Assembly: GCA_964035545.1 (NCBI GenBank)
Contig: OZ037766.1
Location: 744,001 to 808,000 of the forward strand
Source of the DNA: Bugula neritina
Taxonomy: Eukaryota > Animalia > Bryozoa
Direction of reading: 5' to 3'
Length of the DNA stretch: 64,000 nucleotides
The translations under genes and the position numbers were made by a program. Below the pieces are notes generated by a model. That model was not told where the DNA came from, searched no databases, and saw nothing but the letters and a program-made list of their open reading frames with translations. Positions 1-13,166 of the stretch are shown piece after piece; the stretch's first letter is position 1, and every line of letters starts with the position of its first letter.

Positions 1-1174
1 CTTATAGTGAGTTATACTAATAGTAATACTCTAATAGTAATACTCTAATAGTAATAGTAATACTAATACTAATAGAGTAATAGTAATAGTAATACTAATA
101 GTAAGATGTAATACTAATACTAATAGTATTACTAATAGTAATACTAATAGTAATACTAATAGTAATACTTTTACTACACATTGGGCTTGGCATTATGATT
201 ATCATTATGATTGTTATTCTGATTCTGATTATGAATAACTTTAAATGATTACATCTAGTTCTACAGTGAAACTTTAAAGGAATGTGATGAAATGAACATT
301 TTGATTTAATTTTATTAGTATAATCAGCATCTTAATCTGAATCATAATTATTGCAATTTATCATTAATTGCTTATAATTCAAGTTTGAATTTTTATTATT
401 TTTATAAATAATAATATATTTAAAAAATAGTACTAGGCTACTATCAGCATTAATATCGCTAATATTTTTAGTTATACTTATAGTAACAGTTTAGTAATGT
501 TAATCACTTAATGCTAATAGTAATATAGTAATGATGCTACCAAGACTGAATGCATCTTAATAGTAATCATTAGTAATATTATTATTTGAATCTAAATTTT
601 GTTTTGTTTTATTTTACTATAGCATTGGCTTTGCCGGCCAACGCAGCAGTGAGAGATGCCAAAATTAACTTTCTGTATACATATATGTGATTGAGTATAG
701 CTATGAGTGTTAGTAAAACTGTATTCTATAGGCTACTATTTGTTCAAGTGTTCAGACTAACAAATTTATTTTTATGTGGCTTGTTATTAGCATGAGTATA
801 AATATATAACTGTACTACTAATACTACTAATAGTAAAGTTAAAAATACCTTACCTCATAATTAAAAGTTATTAATATTAGCAGGAGACTAAGAAATTTAC
901 AATAATTTATGTCTGTAAAGTAAATTTTTCATGCATTTATTTCCATTTTAGTAGAATCAAGGCAAAGTCTGTCTTAGATCTAATAACATACTGAGCAAGT
1001 CGTTTGTTTGAATATGTTATTATAGATATGCTTTGAGGAGATTAGGAACTAGGGCATTTCATCAGCTCTGATGAGAGTTTATAATTTGGCAATCTGTTTT
1101 TGAGATGTGTCAATATTATCAGGTTGACTCATGTGTCATCTTTTCTACACAGAACTTGAGTTTTGCTAATAAAG

Positions 1175-2048
1175 ATGGCCGAAAGACCAGAAGACCTGAA
1201 TCTACCCAATGCTGTTGTGACGAGAATCATGAAGGAGGCCCTTCCTACTGGCATTAATATCGGTAAAGACGCCCGCACAGCTATCAGCAAAGCTGCCAGC
1301 GTCTTTGTGCTCTACGCGACTTCCTGGTTAGTGTGCAGACGTCATATGATATGCAGACGTCATGTGATGTGCAGACGTCATGTGATGTGCAGACGTCATG
1401 TGATATGCAGACGTCATGTGATATGCAGACGTCATGTGATATGCAGACGTCATGTGATGTGCAGACGTCATGTGATATGCAGACGTCATGTGATCTGCGG
1501 ATGTCATGTGATATGCAGACGTCATGTGTCATTTCTTAATCTTGTCTTATTTTACATCCTTGTATGAGAAATGTTTCTGTGTATATCCACTCATCAAGCC
1601 GTCTAATACGACACGGTTATTAGCTGGGTGGGAGTTAGCCTCTAATTCTTGTCTTTCAGTGCGAATAACAACGCCTTGAAAGGGAAGAGAAAGACCATCA
1701 CAGCCAACGATGTCTACTCCGCGTTGTCTGAGATGGAATTTGAGGAGTTTATTGATCCGATAAAAGGGGAATTGGAGGGTGAGTAGTTAGTAGTTAGTAG
1801 TTAGTACTCAGTAGTTAGTAGTTAGTACTCAGTAGTTAGTGAGATACTCTTTATTAACAGTCCACAAGCAAGCCCAGGCTAGTAAAAAGAGTAAGAAAGC
1901 CGCCAAGTCTAAGTCAAAGGAAACTGTTGTCTCAGAGGAAGCGGATGCTGCAAATGATGTGAACGGGGTTGATCCAGGGGTGGATGAAGAACTAGTTGAG
2001 GGGGAAGACGCTGAGTCTAAGGAAAATGAAGTTATGGAGACATCCTAG
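1175..2048 (+). CDS. POLE3: DNA polymerase epsilon subunit 3 / CHRAC17 (histone-fold); exons 1175-1326, 1660-1778, 1861-2048
   Basis: Spliced product [24 protein letters not shown]...[19 protein letters not shown]|[39 protein letters not shown] matches the POLE3 histone fold; GT-AG junctions keep frame; acidic C-terminal tail. Confidence 0.95.
1333..1528. repeat. 18-bp minisatellite (TGCAGACGTCATGTGAT[A/G]) in POLE3 intron 1
   Basis: About 11 tandem copies starting just after the donor site. Confidence 0.95.
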
Positions 2049-3034
2049 TGAGTTGTGAAAGCAACAAAGTTATGTTTGGCTGAGAAGCTTAGCTAAACTA
2101 TCTCAAATTTATACAAAAACTTAAGGGTTTTGTTTTGCTGTGTATTTGTGTTCTGTTTTTCCAACAGCTACTTCAGCTGTATGATGACTCATCTGTCGAG
2201 ATAGTGTATATTGAGTGAGCTGTCATGTGTGTTGCAGGTAACTGGATGGTTTATATATCCGTCTGCCAGAGAGAAGAAAACTCCTGTTATATTCACTGTA
2301 ATTGCAGACGCTATGTTTTGTGTATAAATCTTATCTTCCACCTTCTCTAGCTACTCTGTAGACACAATGAGTGTCTACTTGTCAGTAGGTGCAGGTGCTT
2401 GTCTATATATATACCACATGACATGTGCAAGCACTTGTCCTTGTATACTGTATTATGATCCTGTATATTGTTATCGTCATCATCTTTTGTACAATATTTT
2501 CCGTGTATTGGTATATAATGAAGATTCAACTCTATTTTTATATTGTAAATACTGAGAGTCTTTGTTTAGCCAATAAATATCGGTTTTACAGAATATCTTG
2601 TTGGTCTGTATTTGCATTTACTCATTTCTAATTAAATAACACAGTTCTCTGATGTGAGGGAAGAAAACTACCATGAGTATAAATATACCACAAGCACCTA
2701 CTCTTTCCTAACACCAGTCTAATGTGTTGTCATGTTGTAAAGTAAAACCCGTTCTCAGTATCAAGTTTATTTTATCACTATAATAGACTCTATTAGTAAC
2801 ATAAGTATCGAATTATTCTAAATACACCACTCTGGCTTTGGTAACTTTAACTCGCAACAAATATAGGTGCATTACAAATTAGTGCACCTGCACTGCAAAG
2901 TACTACATCCACTACAAAATGATGCAAGTAGTATTTTGTAGGTAAAGTAATATTTTGTAGGTCAACAATTCGTGTCTTAAATCAGTCAGAGCAAAGTTTC
3001 ATAGTTAAACTTCTATTATTGTTTGACAACCAGC

Positions 3035-3040
3035 TATAAA
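3035..3040 (+). promoter_or_regulatory. Candidate TATA box of the Ly6 gene
   Basis: TATAAAGGG about 200 bp upstream of the putative ATG at 3246. Confidence 0.4.
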
Positions 3041-3245
3041 GGGCAGTTGGAGTTGTCACACTACATACACTGCTACAGTCATTGCCCGCAGTCAACTGCA
3101 TATCTACAGTCATTGCCTGCTCCAGTCTGTTGGACCTCTTCAGCACAGTAATAGAACTGAGTCATAAATCTCATCCAGCTACGTGGATATCTTGTAACAT
3201 TACCTGTTAAGCCTCGCGCTGTATTATATTTTATTTTACACTTCA

Positions 3246-4618
3246 ATGAAAGGTTTAATACATTGACTGCATCACAATAGCTTTAGAATAGTGGATCAAT
3301 AAGCGTGTTACACTTCAAGTGTTGCTACTGAAGTTTCCCCAGTATTGGCGTTTTGTGTAGCTAAAAAAGGATTGGCATAATATAAGATGCCAGTTGCTGT
3401 GCATATTAATTACTGCAGTGTGTGTTTGTTGATGGTCGTGTAACTCTATGTTTATTAGCTATTGAGGCGAACCAACACTTCGCGTAGGACAGCAAGTTAT
3501 TAGAGCTAGTATTTGGGAGATTACAGTTACATACACCAGCTCTTAGTAGAAGCGCTGCAGTAGCATTATGCAATGAAAGCTCAATATGCAGCTACTCCTT
3601 TATATTATTAGTTTTGTTATAAGCATCTACTAGCTGAGTGAGAAGAAATATGAAGCATCCCCTTTCCACTCTCTCTTCTCTCTGTAAGTTTTTGCCTTTA
3701 AATGATTGTGCAGAACTTTCTAGATTGTAGTACTTCTGCAGTGTTGATTCATTAAATAGCTGTGTTTCTGCTATTAGAAGTATAACTTGCAGGGCTGTAA
3801 GCAAATGTCCGCACATATACTCAATACAAGGTTTGGTAGTGTTTTTATTGGAAATTTGCTAAACTTATCTAAAGTGTATTTTCAAAATTCAACAATCAAA
3901 CGTTATTTTTCTTTCTGCCGCAATTTATTTATATGGCATCAAAATATTCATATAAATCTTAGCTTTCTTTTACAAACTGTTTGACGTTGCATGCTCAAAC
4001 AGTTTTGTTTCATAATAATTTATATGTTCTCTGCATGGAGTATGTGGTATTATAAAACTATAATACTAATTATTGATGACTGAATTATTGCATGCTACTC
4101 TTAGCTGCTGCAACACACAACCTAATCACTGAGGTCAAAGTTCAAACCTTTAAGCTAGCTCAGTGATTATGCTGTGTGTTGCAGCCTTTACATGAGTGTT
4201 GAAGAAGGTATTCCTGAAGACCTCATTGCTAGAGATTTAGGCTATATATCTATATATACCGTAGCTGCGTAGTATTGTTCATACAGTCACCCAACCAATA
4301 GAACGACTATAACAATACTAACTTGATCTACAACTTCCCATTCTACAATTCATTGTTTTATAGTAGTGTTTTGCGCACTATTACCTCACATCCTGTTGGC
4401 TGCGAGGAGGCGGTGCTACGAGTGTGAGGCGGGAGATGTGGGCTGTAGAGATCAATATACCCGCCCCCTGGCTCACGACATGACGTGTGACGACCTCAGC
4501 TTCAACGCTTGCGTCAAATACATCTACCCTAAGGCAGGCCAAAATGATGGTAAGTAGAAACTGCGTATTAATACTATAATAGTTTATACTTACTATATAT
4601 TAGTATATACTTACATTA

Positions 4619-4654
<36 letters not shown>

Positions 4655-5096
4655 ACATATTGATGATGGCTCATGTATTGATTTTGACCAATTTATACCC
4701 ATGATAGTGGCTATGACAAAACGTTTTACTAAAACATCAATTACTACTTCAGATTTGCCAGATTTAGAATGCCTTTATATGTATATATAATATTGATTGG
4801 TCAGATTTTCACCTATAAGTAGTATTCATTGGTATTAGTTTACTTATAGTTGAGCTTTTATAGTTTCTTAAATGTCAAGATTACATTTCATTGTCTTTCC
4901 AGTAACCCGGAGCTGTTACAAGATTGCATCAGACACTGTGGGAGACCCAACTGGATGTAATACTCATAAAGATGGAGGCAGAAAATATACAAAATGTGTT
5001 TGTACCGACGGCGACTTGTGTAACGTATCCACGGTAACCAAGGTTAGCCTGGGGACCATGTTGGTTACACTCACGCTACTATCTTCATTATGTTAG
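3246..5096 (+). CDS. Ly6/uPAR three-finger (quiver/sleepless-like) secreted, probably GPI-anchored protein; exons 3246-3252 (tentative), 4364-4549, 4903-5096
   Basis: MKV-VFCALLPHILLAA signal peptide, then CYEC...C...C...CVK...RSC...C...CVCTDGDLCN (typical LU-domain end) and a hydrophobic C-terminal tail; first micro-exon inferred from phase only. Confidence 0.8.
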
Positions 5097-5746
5097 CTCA
5101 CTTTTGTATTTGTAAATACCTCTATGATGTCCTCAACTAACATAACCACAATAGAAATTCAGAGAAGTTTGTACTATTGTATACAAGATGTAAGAATATA
5201 TTTATTGTATAACTTTAACATAATTGATACTTTAATATTTCTATGAAGTCAGAGTTACATTATTCAGCACTGGATGCTTTCTAAAGCTGCATTAAGCCTC
5301 AGTGCCAAATGTATACCAACTTGAATGCACTATTAAACTAGTAGATACTCATGTATCTGATTGCACACTCTACTTATTTGTAGCCCATTGAAAAGGTTAA
5401 TTACCCTCTGTTGTAAAACAAAGATAAGACAGAGCAGTCTTTACAAAATAATAGTAAATGTTAAAACCTATCCCTGTATACAAGTTATATCAGTATATTT
5501 TGGAGTTGTCAGCCCTGAATCCAGTCGACTAGGAAACGACCCACAGCCGATATTCTCGTAATATTTTTACAACTTTGTCGTCTTTTAACCTCTTTATTTT
5601 ACAAATAATGACTAAACTTAAATACTAGCAGATAGAAAATACCTTTCAAGTGGTAATAAATACATCCATAACAATTTCATTGTTTTGTAAAAATTTACAA
5701 TATTTTGTACACAACCCAATAATTCTACGTGATGCACCGGGAATGA

Positions 5747-8700
5747 TCAGGCAGGTTTTTTCTTGATCTGCAGACTTTTTCGTTTTCTATTGAAATTCCT
5801 AGGAGAGTTCGTCAGCTTCTGGCTGGCAGTCGACTCCTTGCTAGCAGATGGTTTCCTGCTAGCAGACAATGTCTTGCTATCAGACGACTTTTTGCCAGCA
5901 GACGAGTTTTTGCTAGTAGACGGTTTCCTGCTAGCAGACGGTTTCCTGCTAGTGCACGGCAAGCCGCCATTTGCAAAGAATGAGTCGATGCTTTGAGTCA
6001 CGGGAATACCCAACTGTTCTTTCAACTTTTTCCGTGCTTTTCGTTCTGATTTGGTTGGTTTTATCTTCTTTGGTTTTGTTTTAGTTTCTGCAAGTTGTTT
6101 AGGACTCTTGGAGACATTGGAGTTAGACTTTCTCTTGCTTCTCTTTATTACAGTTTTAGTTTGAGGAGTATTTTGGCCGTTTGAGTCTTCTGCGAGTTTG
6201 CGTTTCCTCTTCTGCCGGCCAGAATGAGACGGAGAATTATTTGCTAGGCTCTGCGCATTCACTGCCCATCCTACAGAATCACGTGCCTTTCGTACAGAGA
6301 AATGCTAAATATAATCAGTTATCTAATATATTAATTTATTGATTGACCAAACAAGTATCAAGTGTTATTACATAATACAGGTAGTAGAGGTTACTGAGAG
6401 TTGTTCAGAGTATTACATAATACAGGTAGTAAAGGTTACTGAGAGTTGTTCAGAGTATTACATAATACAGGTAGTAGAGGTTACTGAGAGTTGTTCAGAG
6501 TATTACATAATACAGGTAGTAGAGGTTACTGAGAGTTGTTCAGAGTATTACATAATACAGGTAGTAGAGGTTACTGAGAGTTGTTCAGAGTATTACATAA
6601 TACAGGTAGTAAAGGTTACTGAGAGTTGTTCAGAGTATTACATAATACAGGTAGTAGAGGTTACTGAGAGTTGTTCAGAGTATTACATAATACAGGTAGT
6701 AGAGGTTACTGAGAGTTGTTCAGAGTTTTACATAATACAGGTAGTAGAGGTTACTGAGATGGTAGAGCTACTCACGTTTACACCTGCTTAGCTGATCATT
6801 ACTCAACTTTTCCGCCACATAGTCTGGTTTCTTAGTCTTCTTCTGGAGGGTTTTACGGGCAGTGGAGCGTTTAGCCCAAGTTTTCTTGAAGTCGCTGGGT
6901 TTACCGGATGTGTTGTAGTGCCGCACACAGGTGGATAGGATAGGGAGACTCCACCAGGGGGTGAGTTTACACTCCTGTGACATCACAACACGTGATAGAA
7001 GCATTACTGTGTCATGCACTCAGATAAACTCATCTGATATACACTCAGTGCAACTCACCTGAGCAAAGTGACCCTCCATGCCGCACTGTGGACAATACTT
7101 TATCTCCTTCTGGAACACTTGAGTCGGTGGCGTAGGGTAAGCCCACCCCTCCTAAGCAACATAACTCATGTGGAACTCAGTCTAATAGCAGTATATTACT
7201 CACAGTATATTACAGAGTATATTACAGAGTATATTACGCAGTATATTACGCAGTATATTACGCAGTATATTACACAGTATATTACACAGTATATTACTCA
7301 AAGTATATTACACAGTATATTACACAGTATATTACACAGTATATTACAGAGTATATTACAGAGTATATTACACAGTATATTACAGAGTATATTACACAGT
7401 ATATTACACAGTATATTATTACTCAAAGTATATTACAGAGTATATTATTACTCAAAGTATATTACACAGTATATTACAGAGTATATTACAGAGTATATTA
7501 CACAGTATACTACACAGTATATTACACAGTATATTACATAGTATATTACACAATATATTACAGAGTATACTACAGAGTATACTACACAGTATATTACAAA
7601 GTATATTACATAGTATATTACTCAAAGTATATTACACAATAATATATTACTACATTACGCACCGACAGCGCTGTAGTTGCATGCCACTGTCTCCAGAGTT
7701 CGTGACAATCCTGCAATCAGCCAATGAAAACAAAGTAATGAGAATATTCACCAACAAGTCTGCTAGAAGACGTATACATCTTATGTACTACTTACTCTCT
7801 CCACTCAGTGCATCATACAACTCATCTCACTATCAGTTGACTAACACAGTTGAATAGAAAGTGGGGAAACGAACCCTCGGTTTGTGCCCTTTGCTGCCGC
7901 ACCTGTGACAGAACATGCTCCTGATGGATCTCTGCTGCTGGCAGCGGAATGTAGAGTGACCGGACGCGGAGCACCACTGGCAGATGGTGTGGGGGCAGAA
8001 CCTGCGGTCCTTGGAGGTGGTGTGAACCTCCGCACAGAGGTGACACACCTTCTCCTTCTGTGACAGTAAGTTACTGTATATACTAACTAGTAGTCGAGGT
8101 AAGTTACTGTATATACTACCTAGTAGTTGAGGTAAGTTACTGTATATACTACCTAGTAGTTGAGGTAAGTTACTGTATATACTAACTAGTAGTTGAGGTA
8201 AGTTGCTGTATATACAAACTAGTAGTTGAGGTAAGTTACTGTACGTACTAACTAGTAGTTGAGGTAAGTTACTGTATATACTAACTAGTAGTTGAGGTAA
8301 GTTACTGTATATACTACCTAGTAGTTGAGGTAAGTTACTGTATATACTAACTAGTAGTTGAGGTAAGTTACTGTATATACTAACTAGTAGTTGAGGTAAG
8401 TTACTGTATATACTAACTAGTAGTTGAGGTAAGTTACTGTATATACTAACTAGTAGTTGAGGTAAGATGCTGTATATACTAACTAGTAGTTGAGGTAAGT
8501 TGCTGTATATACAAACTAGTAGTTGAGGTAAGTTACTGTACGTACTAACTAGTAGTTGAGGTAAGTTACTGTATATACTAACTAGTAGTTGAGGTAAGTT
8601 ACTGTATATACTAACTAGTAGTTGAGGTAAGTTACTGTATATACTAACTAGTAGTTGAGGTAAGTTACTGTATATACTACCTAGTAGTTGAAGTAAGTTA

Positions 8701-11021
8701 CTGTATATACTAACTAGTAGTTGAGGTAAGTTACTGTATATACTAACTAGTAGTTGAGGTAAGTTACTGTATATACTAACTAGTAGTTGAGGTAAGTTAC
8801 TGTATATACTACCTAGTAGTTGAAGTAAGTTACTGTATATACTAACTAATAGTTGAGGTAAGTTACTGTATATACTAACTAGTAGTTGAGGTAAGTTACT
8901 GTATATACTAACTAGTAGTTGAGGTAAGTTACTGTATATACTACCTAGTAGTTGAAGTAAGTTACTGTATATACTAACTAGTAGTTGAGGTACGTTACTC
9001 ACCGTTGGTTTGGGGCAGTTCTCAGCCCGATGTCCACTCTGGTCACAGTTGCGGCACTTGAGTGAGTGGTACCGCATCCTTTTCTTAGCGCCGTTACTCA
9101 GTCTACAGTCGGTGGGCAGAATGTCCCACCCTGAATCTAGAAAAAGAAAAACACCGAGAGATTTGAAATTACAGCTTGAGTATTGGTATGTAGAGAGCAC
9201 CTGTTCTAGCTAGTCTGACTTACATACAGATAAGTGTCACTCACCAGGCAGTGTAGAGAGCACCTGTTCTAGCTAGTCTGATTTACATACAGATAAGTGT
9301 CACTCACCAGGCAGTGTAGAGAGCACCTGTTCTAGTGAGCCATACTCATTGACATGTGACAGAGTGACCAAGGGCAGAGTGTCATCACCCAGGACACTGC
9401 TGTTGTGACTCATTATGCTGTCATGTCTCTGCCGTCCATGAGTTCTGATGTGGAGGTCAAGTTTGGAGTCAGTCAGCTGAGTGCCAGAATCCAGTCTGGC
9501 CCAGAAGGGCATCTCCTCTGAGAAGAGACAAACTTATACTCAAAACAACTTCTCAACACAACTGTCACAGTCCTACTCTGAATAACCTCATTGTAAGGAT
9601 GTGACAGAAGAGTGGGGAAACACTAAACAGTGATATGGGAACTTAGTCTACTCTACTTGGAGTTGTGTTCTCTATAAACAGAGTACAAGTAAGCATCCGT
9701 ATAAGTATAAGTATACCATCTGCAGTTTAACAGTGAAATGTTACACAGAGCTGGTAATACATCATATATTGATTATATTCACACAAGACTATGAGTTGGT
9801 GGAGTATACAGCTAGTCACAGACTCTACAACATGTACATAACAAGCGTAGGTAGCACAGTAGGTTGTCCGGAGACTCCCCCCTCAGTGCACACAGGTCCT
9901 CAGTCTTACCCTCTTCATCCTCAGGTATCGGGCTATTGGCTACTTCCTCCTCTCTAGAGCCTTGCGTCTCAGTCACTGTCACAACCTCTCTAATCACCTG
10001 GCAAGTAGAATCCCTGACACACTTCACTTTATGCAGTATTGAAATATTCTCATACACATCAGCTGTCATCTACATACTGCCTTAGGAATTCATGAGCACA
10101 CAGTATTGTTTTATAATGAATTTTGTGTGCGGAATTGATTTGGGAATTCTGATCGCTTGAGGATGACATTTCACTTTGACTTTACCTCTACTATAAAACT
10201 TATACTACTTAGTGGCAACCTCCATGACATAACCTTTACCTGCTGCACTGCACAGCTCAACACTGAGCTGGCTTGAAATGTTTAAACTTTGAACTCTAAG
10301 TCAGCTCAGCGACAGAGTGTCGTGCCTCACCTGAATATCTGAGTCATCCCCGTCTGATGACAGCAGAATGGGTGAAGTTGAGGTCACAGGGTCAGCAGAG
10401 GGTTCACCAGGAGAATTGTCCTGCAAGAGAAACGCTGCCGGTAAAATATTTGAACTGGACATTGTAGGAAGTTACTTCCACCTGCACCTCCCTCATGTGA
10501 TACTATAGAAAGTTTCCCTTTGTAATAAGGAGTTGTGTGTCCCAACAGTCAATTGAGAAAGCCCTCACTGAGGAGTTAATACAAACAGCCATATTTACAG
10601 AGAAATATAATCTTAAGGGAAACACTTACTAGTAGAAGTGACCTTGACTTTAGCGACGAGTCGGGAGTTGTCAGTGACTGGTACAAGTCTACATTCTCAG
10701 CTTCACCTGAATCAAGACACAATTATACCTGTTAGCTTCTGATACACAAGACTATTTACCAGCTAGTTAATTACCTGCTAGTTAATTACCTGCTAGTTAT
10801 TTACCTGCTAGTTATTTACCTGCTAGTTATTTACCTGCTAGTTATTTACCTGCTAGTTATTTACCTGCTAGCTATTTAACTGCTAGTTATTTACCTGCTA
10901 GTTATTCACCTGCTAGTTATTTACCTGCCAGCTCGTGGTATATTTGACTGTAGAGGAAATTTTCCTGCTCCAGTTTGTCATAAGCTGTCTCCTCGCTATC
11001 ACTCCACGAGTCTGACATCAT
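5747..11021 (-). CDS. ZCCHC7: Zinc finger CCHC domain protein 7 (Air1/2-like TRAMP subunit), multi-exon
   Basis: N-terminal MMSDSWSDSEE...ENFLYSQIYHE; serial zinc knuckles CRNCDQSGHRAENC, CQWCSASGHSTFRC, CHRCGSKGH; basic Lys-rich last exon (5747-6270). Internal exon boundaries approximate. Confidence 0.8.
6364..6759. repeat. 45-bp minisatellite, about 9 copies, ZCCHC7 last intron
   Basis: TATTACATAATACAGGTAGTAGAGGTTACTGAGAGTTGTTCAGAG repeated. Confidence 0.95.
7190..7650. repeat. 12-bp minisatellite (AGTATATTACA[C/G])
   Basis: Direct tandem copies filling an intron. Confidence 0.95.
8066..8998. repeat. 33-bp minisatellite, about 28 copies, filling ZCCHC7 intron 8058-9002
   Basis: AGTAGTTGAGGTAAGTTACTGTATATACTAACT repeated; explains the SIYSNLPQLLV repeat in the ORF track. 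Confidence 0.97.
10755..10930. repeat. 14-bp minisatellite (TTTACCTGCTAGTTA-like) overlapping a splice donor
   Basis: About 12 copies; on the minus strand each unit reads CTAGCAG|GTAAATAA. Confidence 0.9.
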
Positions 11022-12562
11022 TCTGAAATAACAGTTACACTAAATACAGTTACATAATATCTCATATCTACACTATATTAACAACAGCTATACTTTACAG
11101 TTACATAATATGTCATATCTACACTATATTATTTACAGTTATGTTAATACTATAACCTGTGTCAGTAAAGAGGGTCCTTTTAGAATATTTAATGTAAATA
11201 TCAGATCTAAACAATAAGGAGATAACCGAGGACACAGTCAGAGTGTGAATGAGCTAAATCATAAAATTAAAGCAGACAATATTCTTATTCGCTTAAAACT
11301 GCCTCCTTCGTATCTTCACGCCTCATGGTGAACATAGAGCCTTTCTTTAGCAAACTTAGGATCAGCTTAAGAGACTAAGAGTAAAATTAAAGTTATAACC
11401 TACCAGCAATAGCTAATTATAAGCCTACATCATTAACAATAACTATAGGTATAACTACAAGTGTTACTACTACTACTAGTATAAGGCAAACGTACGACTC
11501 ACAGCTTATGTTACAGCTACAGACTTACACTTAGTCTTACAGGCTATAACTATAAGACTAAGTAAAACAGAAACACTAAGAGTAACAGTAAGTCAAAATG
11601 TAACACTAAGAATAAGTCTAACATTAACAGTAACACTAACAGCACAGTCACATGTCGTCAGCCTCAAGCATCAGCTAATCGATGATTGATTGAATGCCTC
11701 ATTATATTTATTATAATGATAATCATAATAATTATAACATAATATTAATAAAAACAATTATATCTATCAATATTTATAATTATGATCATAATCATAATGA
11801 TAATCACAATCATAATGAGAATTATAATCATAATGAAGCACATTCATATTCAATATCGTACCGTCATTGATAATTTAAATCATTTAATTTGATTACATTT
11901 TCAAAATCAGATTTTCATTTTCATTTATAAATTAAAATATAACAATTATCATTTATGATTTAATTTCATTTTTAAAGATTCAGTTTTAGTGTTACACTTA
12001 CTGTTACTAACACTAACAGTAACAGTGTTAGTCATAGTCATAGTGATAGTGAGATAGTCATAGTGATAGTGTTAGACTTAGAGTTACTGTTAGTGTTAGA
12101 CTGTTACTGTTGGTAATCTAAATCTGTTGAAAGCATATTTTGTTTTATTGATTGATCAATAATTGTCATTAGTATTATCATTAAAAAGTGAGATGAAACA
12201 ATCTATTTTAATTCAGTGACCATTAGTATTACTATTGTCTATTAGATTCAGTATTATTATTACTTTTAGACATAAAACTTACGAAAGCAAGTGCAAGTCC
12301 ACATGCAATATTTAGCAAGAAGTAGTAAAATTGGAGTCGGTGATGAATCATGTTTTGTTTTGCCTACATTCATTCGATTAAAATGCATCTAAATAGCGTG
12401 CAACGGTTTTTTGAGGAGACAACTCCATAACAAAACACACAATGTTCTCAAAACTTCAAACAGTTATTTTGTAACAAATTGATGTTTAATCACTAATATA
12501 ATTATTACATGATATCTTGCAAATATCAATCAGTTCCCAGAAATGTAGGTATTTTGTATTGT

Positions 12563-12665
12563 TTAGTGTGTGCTGAGTGACATGGTATAACTAGTGTGTG
12601 CTGAGTGACATGGTATAACTAGTGTGTGTTGAGTGACATGGTATAACTAGTGTGTGCTGAGTGAC
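12563..12665. repeat. ~28-bp tandem repeat (TAGTGTGTGCTGAGTGACATGGTATAAC), about 3.5 copies
   Basis: Direct tandem copies. Confidence 0.9.
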
Positions 12666-13166
12666 CACAGGTCTTATTAATAATAAAACTTCAGGTGATT
12701 TTATCATTTTAAGGTGCAAAAGGCACTTTATTTTTATAGACTAGGTAAAACACCTAGATAGCATCACAGTCAAAGATAACTTATACTTGACTATTTCATG
12801 GCTGTTTAATGGCAACTGTGTAAATGAATAAAAATCTAAACTGGAATACTGAAACTTAGACAGAGTTCCAGGTGCAAATACGAATTTTAATAAAAGGCTG
12901 TATAATTATGTATATACTGACAAGAAAATCCAAAGTAAAAATCCTAAGATCCGAGACTTACAAAACCAATGACTGGGAAAACGACAAATAATGACTTAAA
13001 ATGATCCAGAGTTGAGCTGCGATTGTTTAATGACTAGTAGTTGGGTGACGAGAGTAATAATCTCCCATAATAAATAAAACACATGAATTATGCTGCCGAG
13101 CTAATAATAAAATGAATAAATAGAGAAGTTGCTGTCAGAGATGGAAGACTCAGCTCCTGACTACAG

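Noticed and set aside
1284-1567. Repeat-protein ORFs (CRRHVI, MTSAYH, etc.)
   Set aside because: Translations of an intronic 18-bp minisatellite
6339-7541. 150-aa and 157-aa plus-strand ORFs
   Set aside because: Products of 45-bp and 12-bp intronic repeats antisense to ZCCHC7
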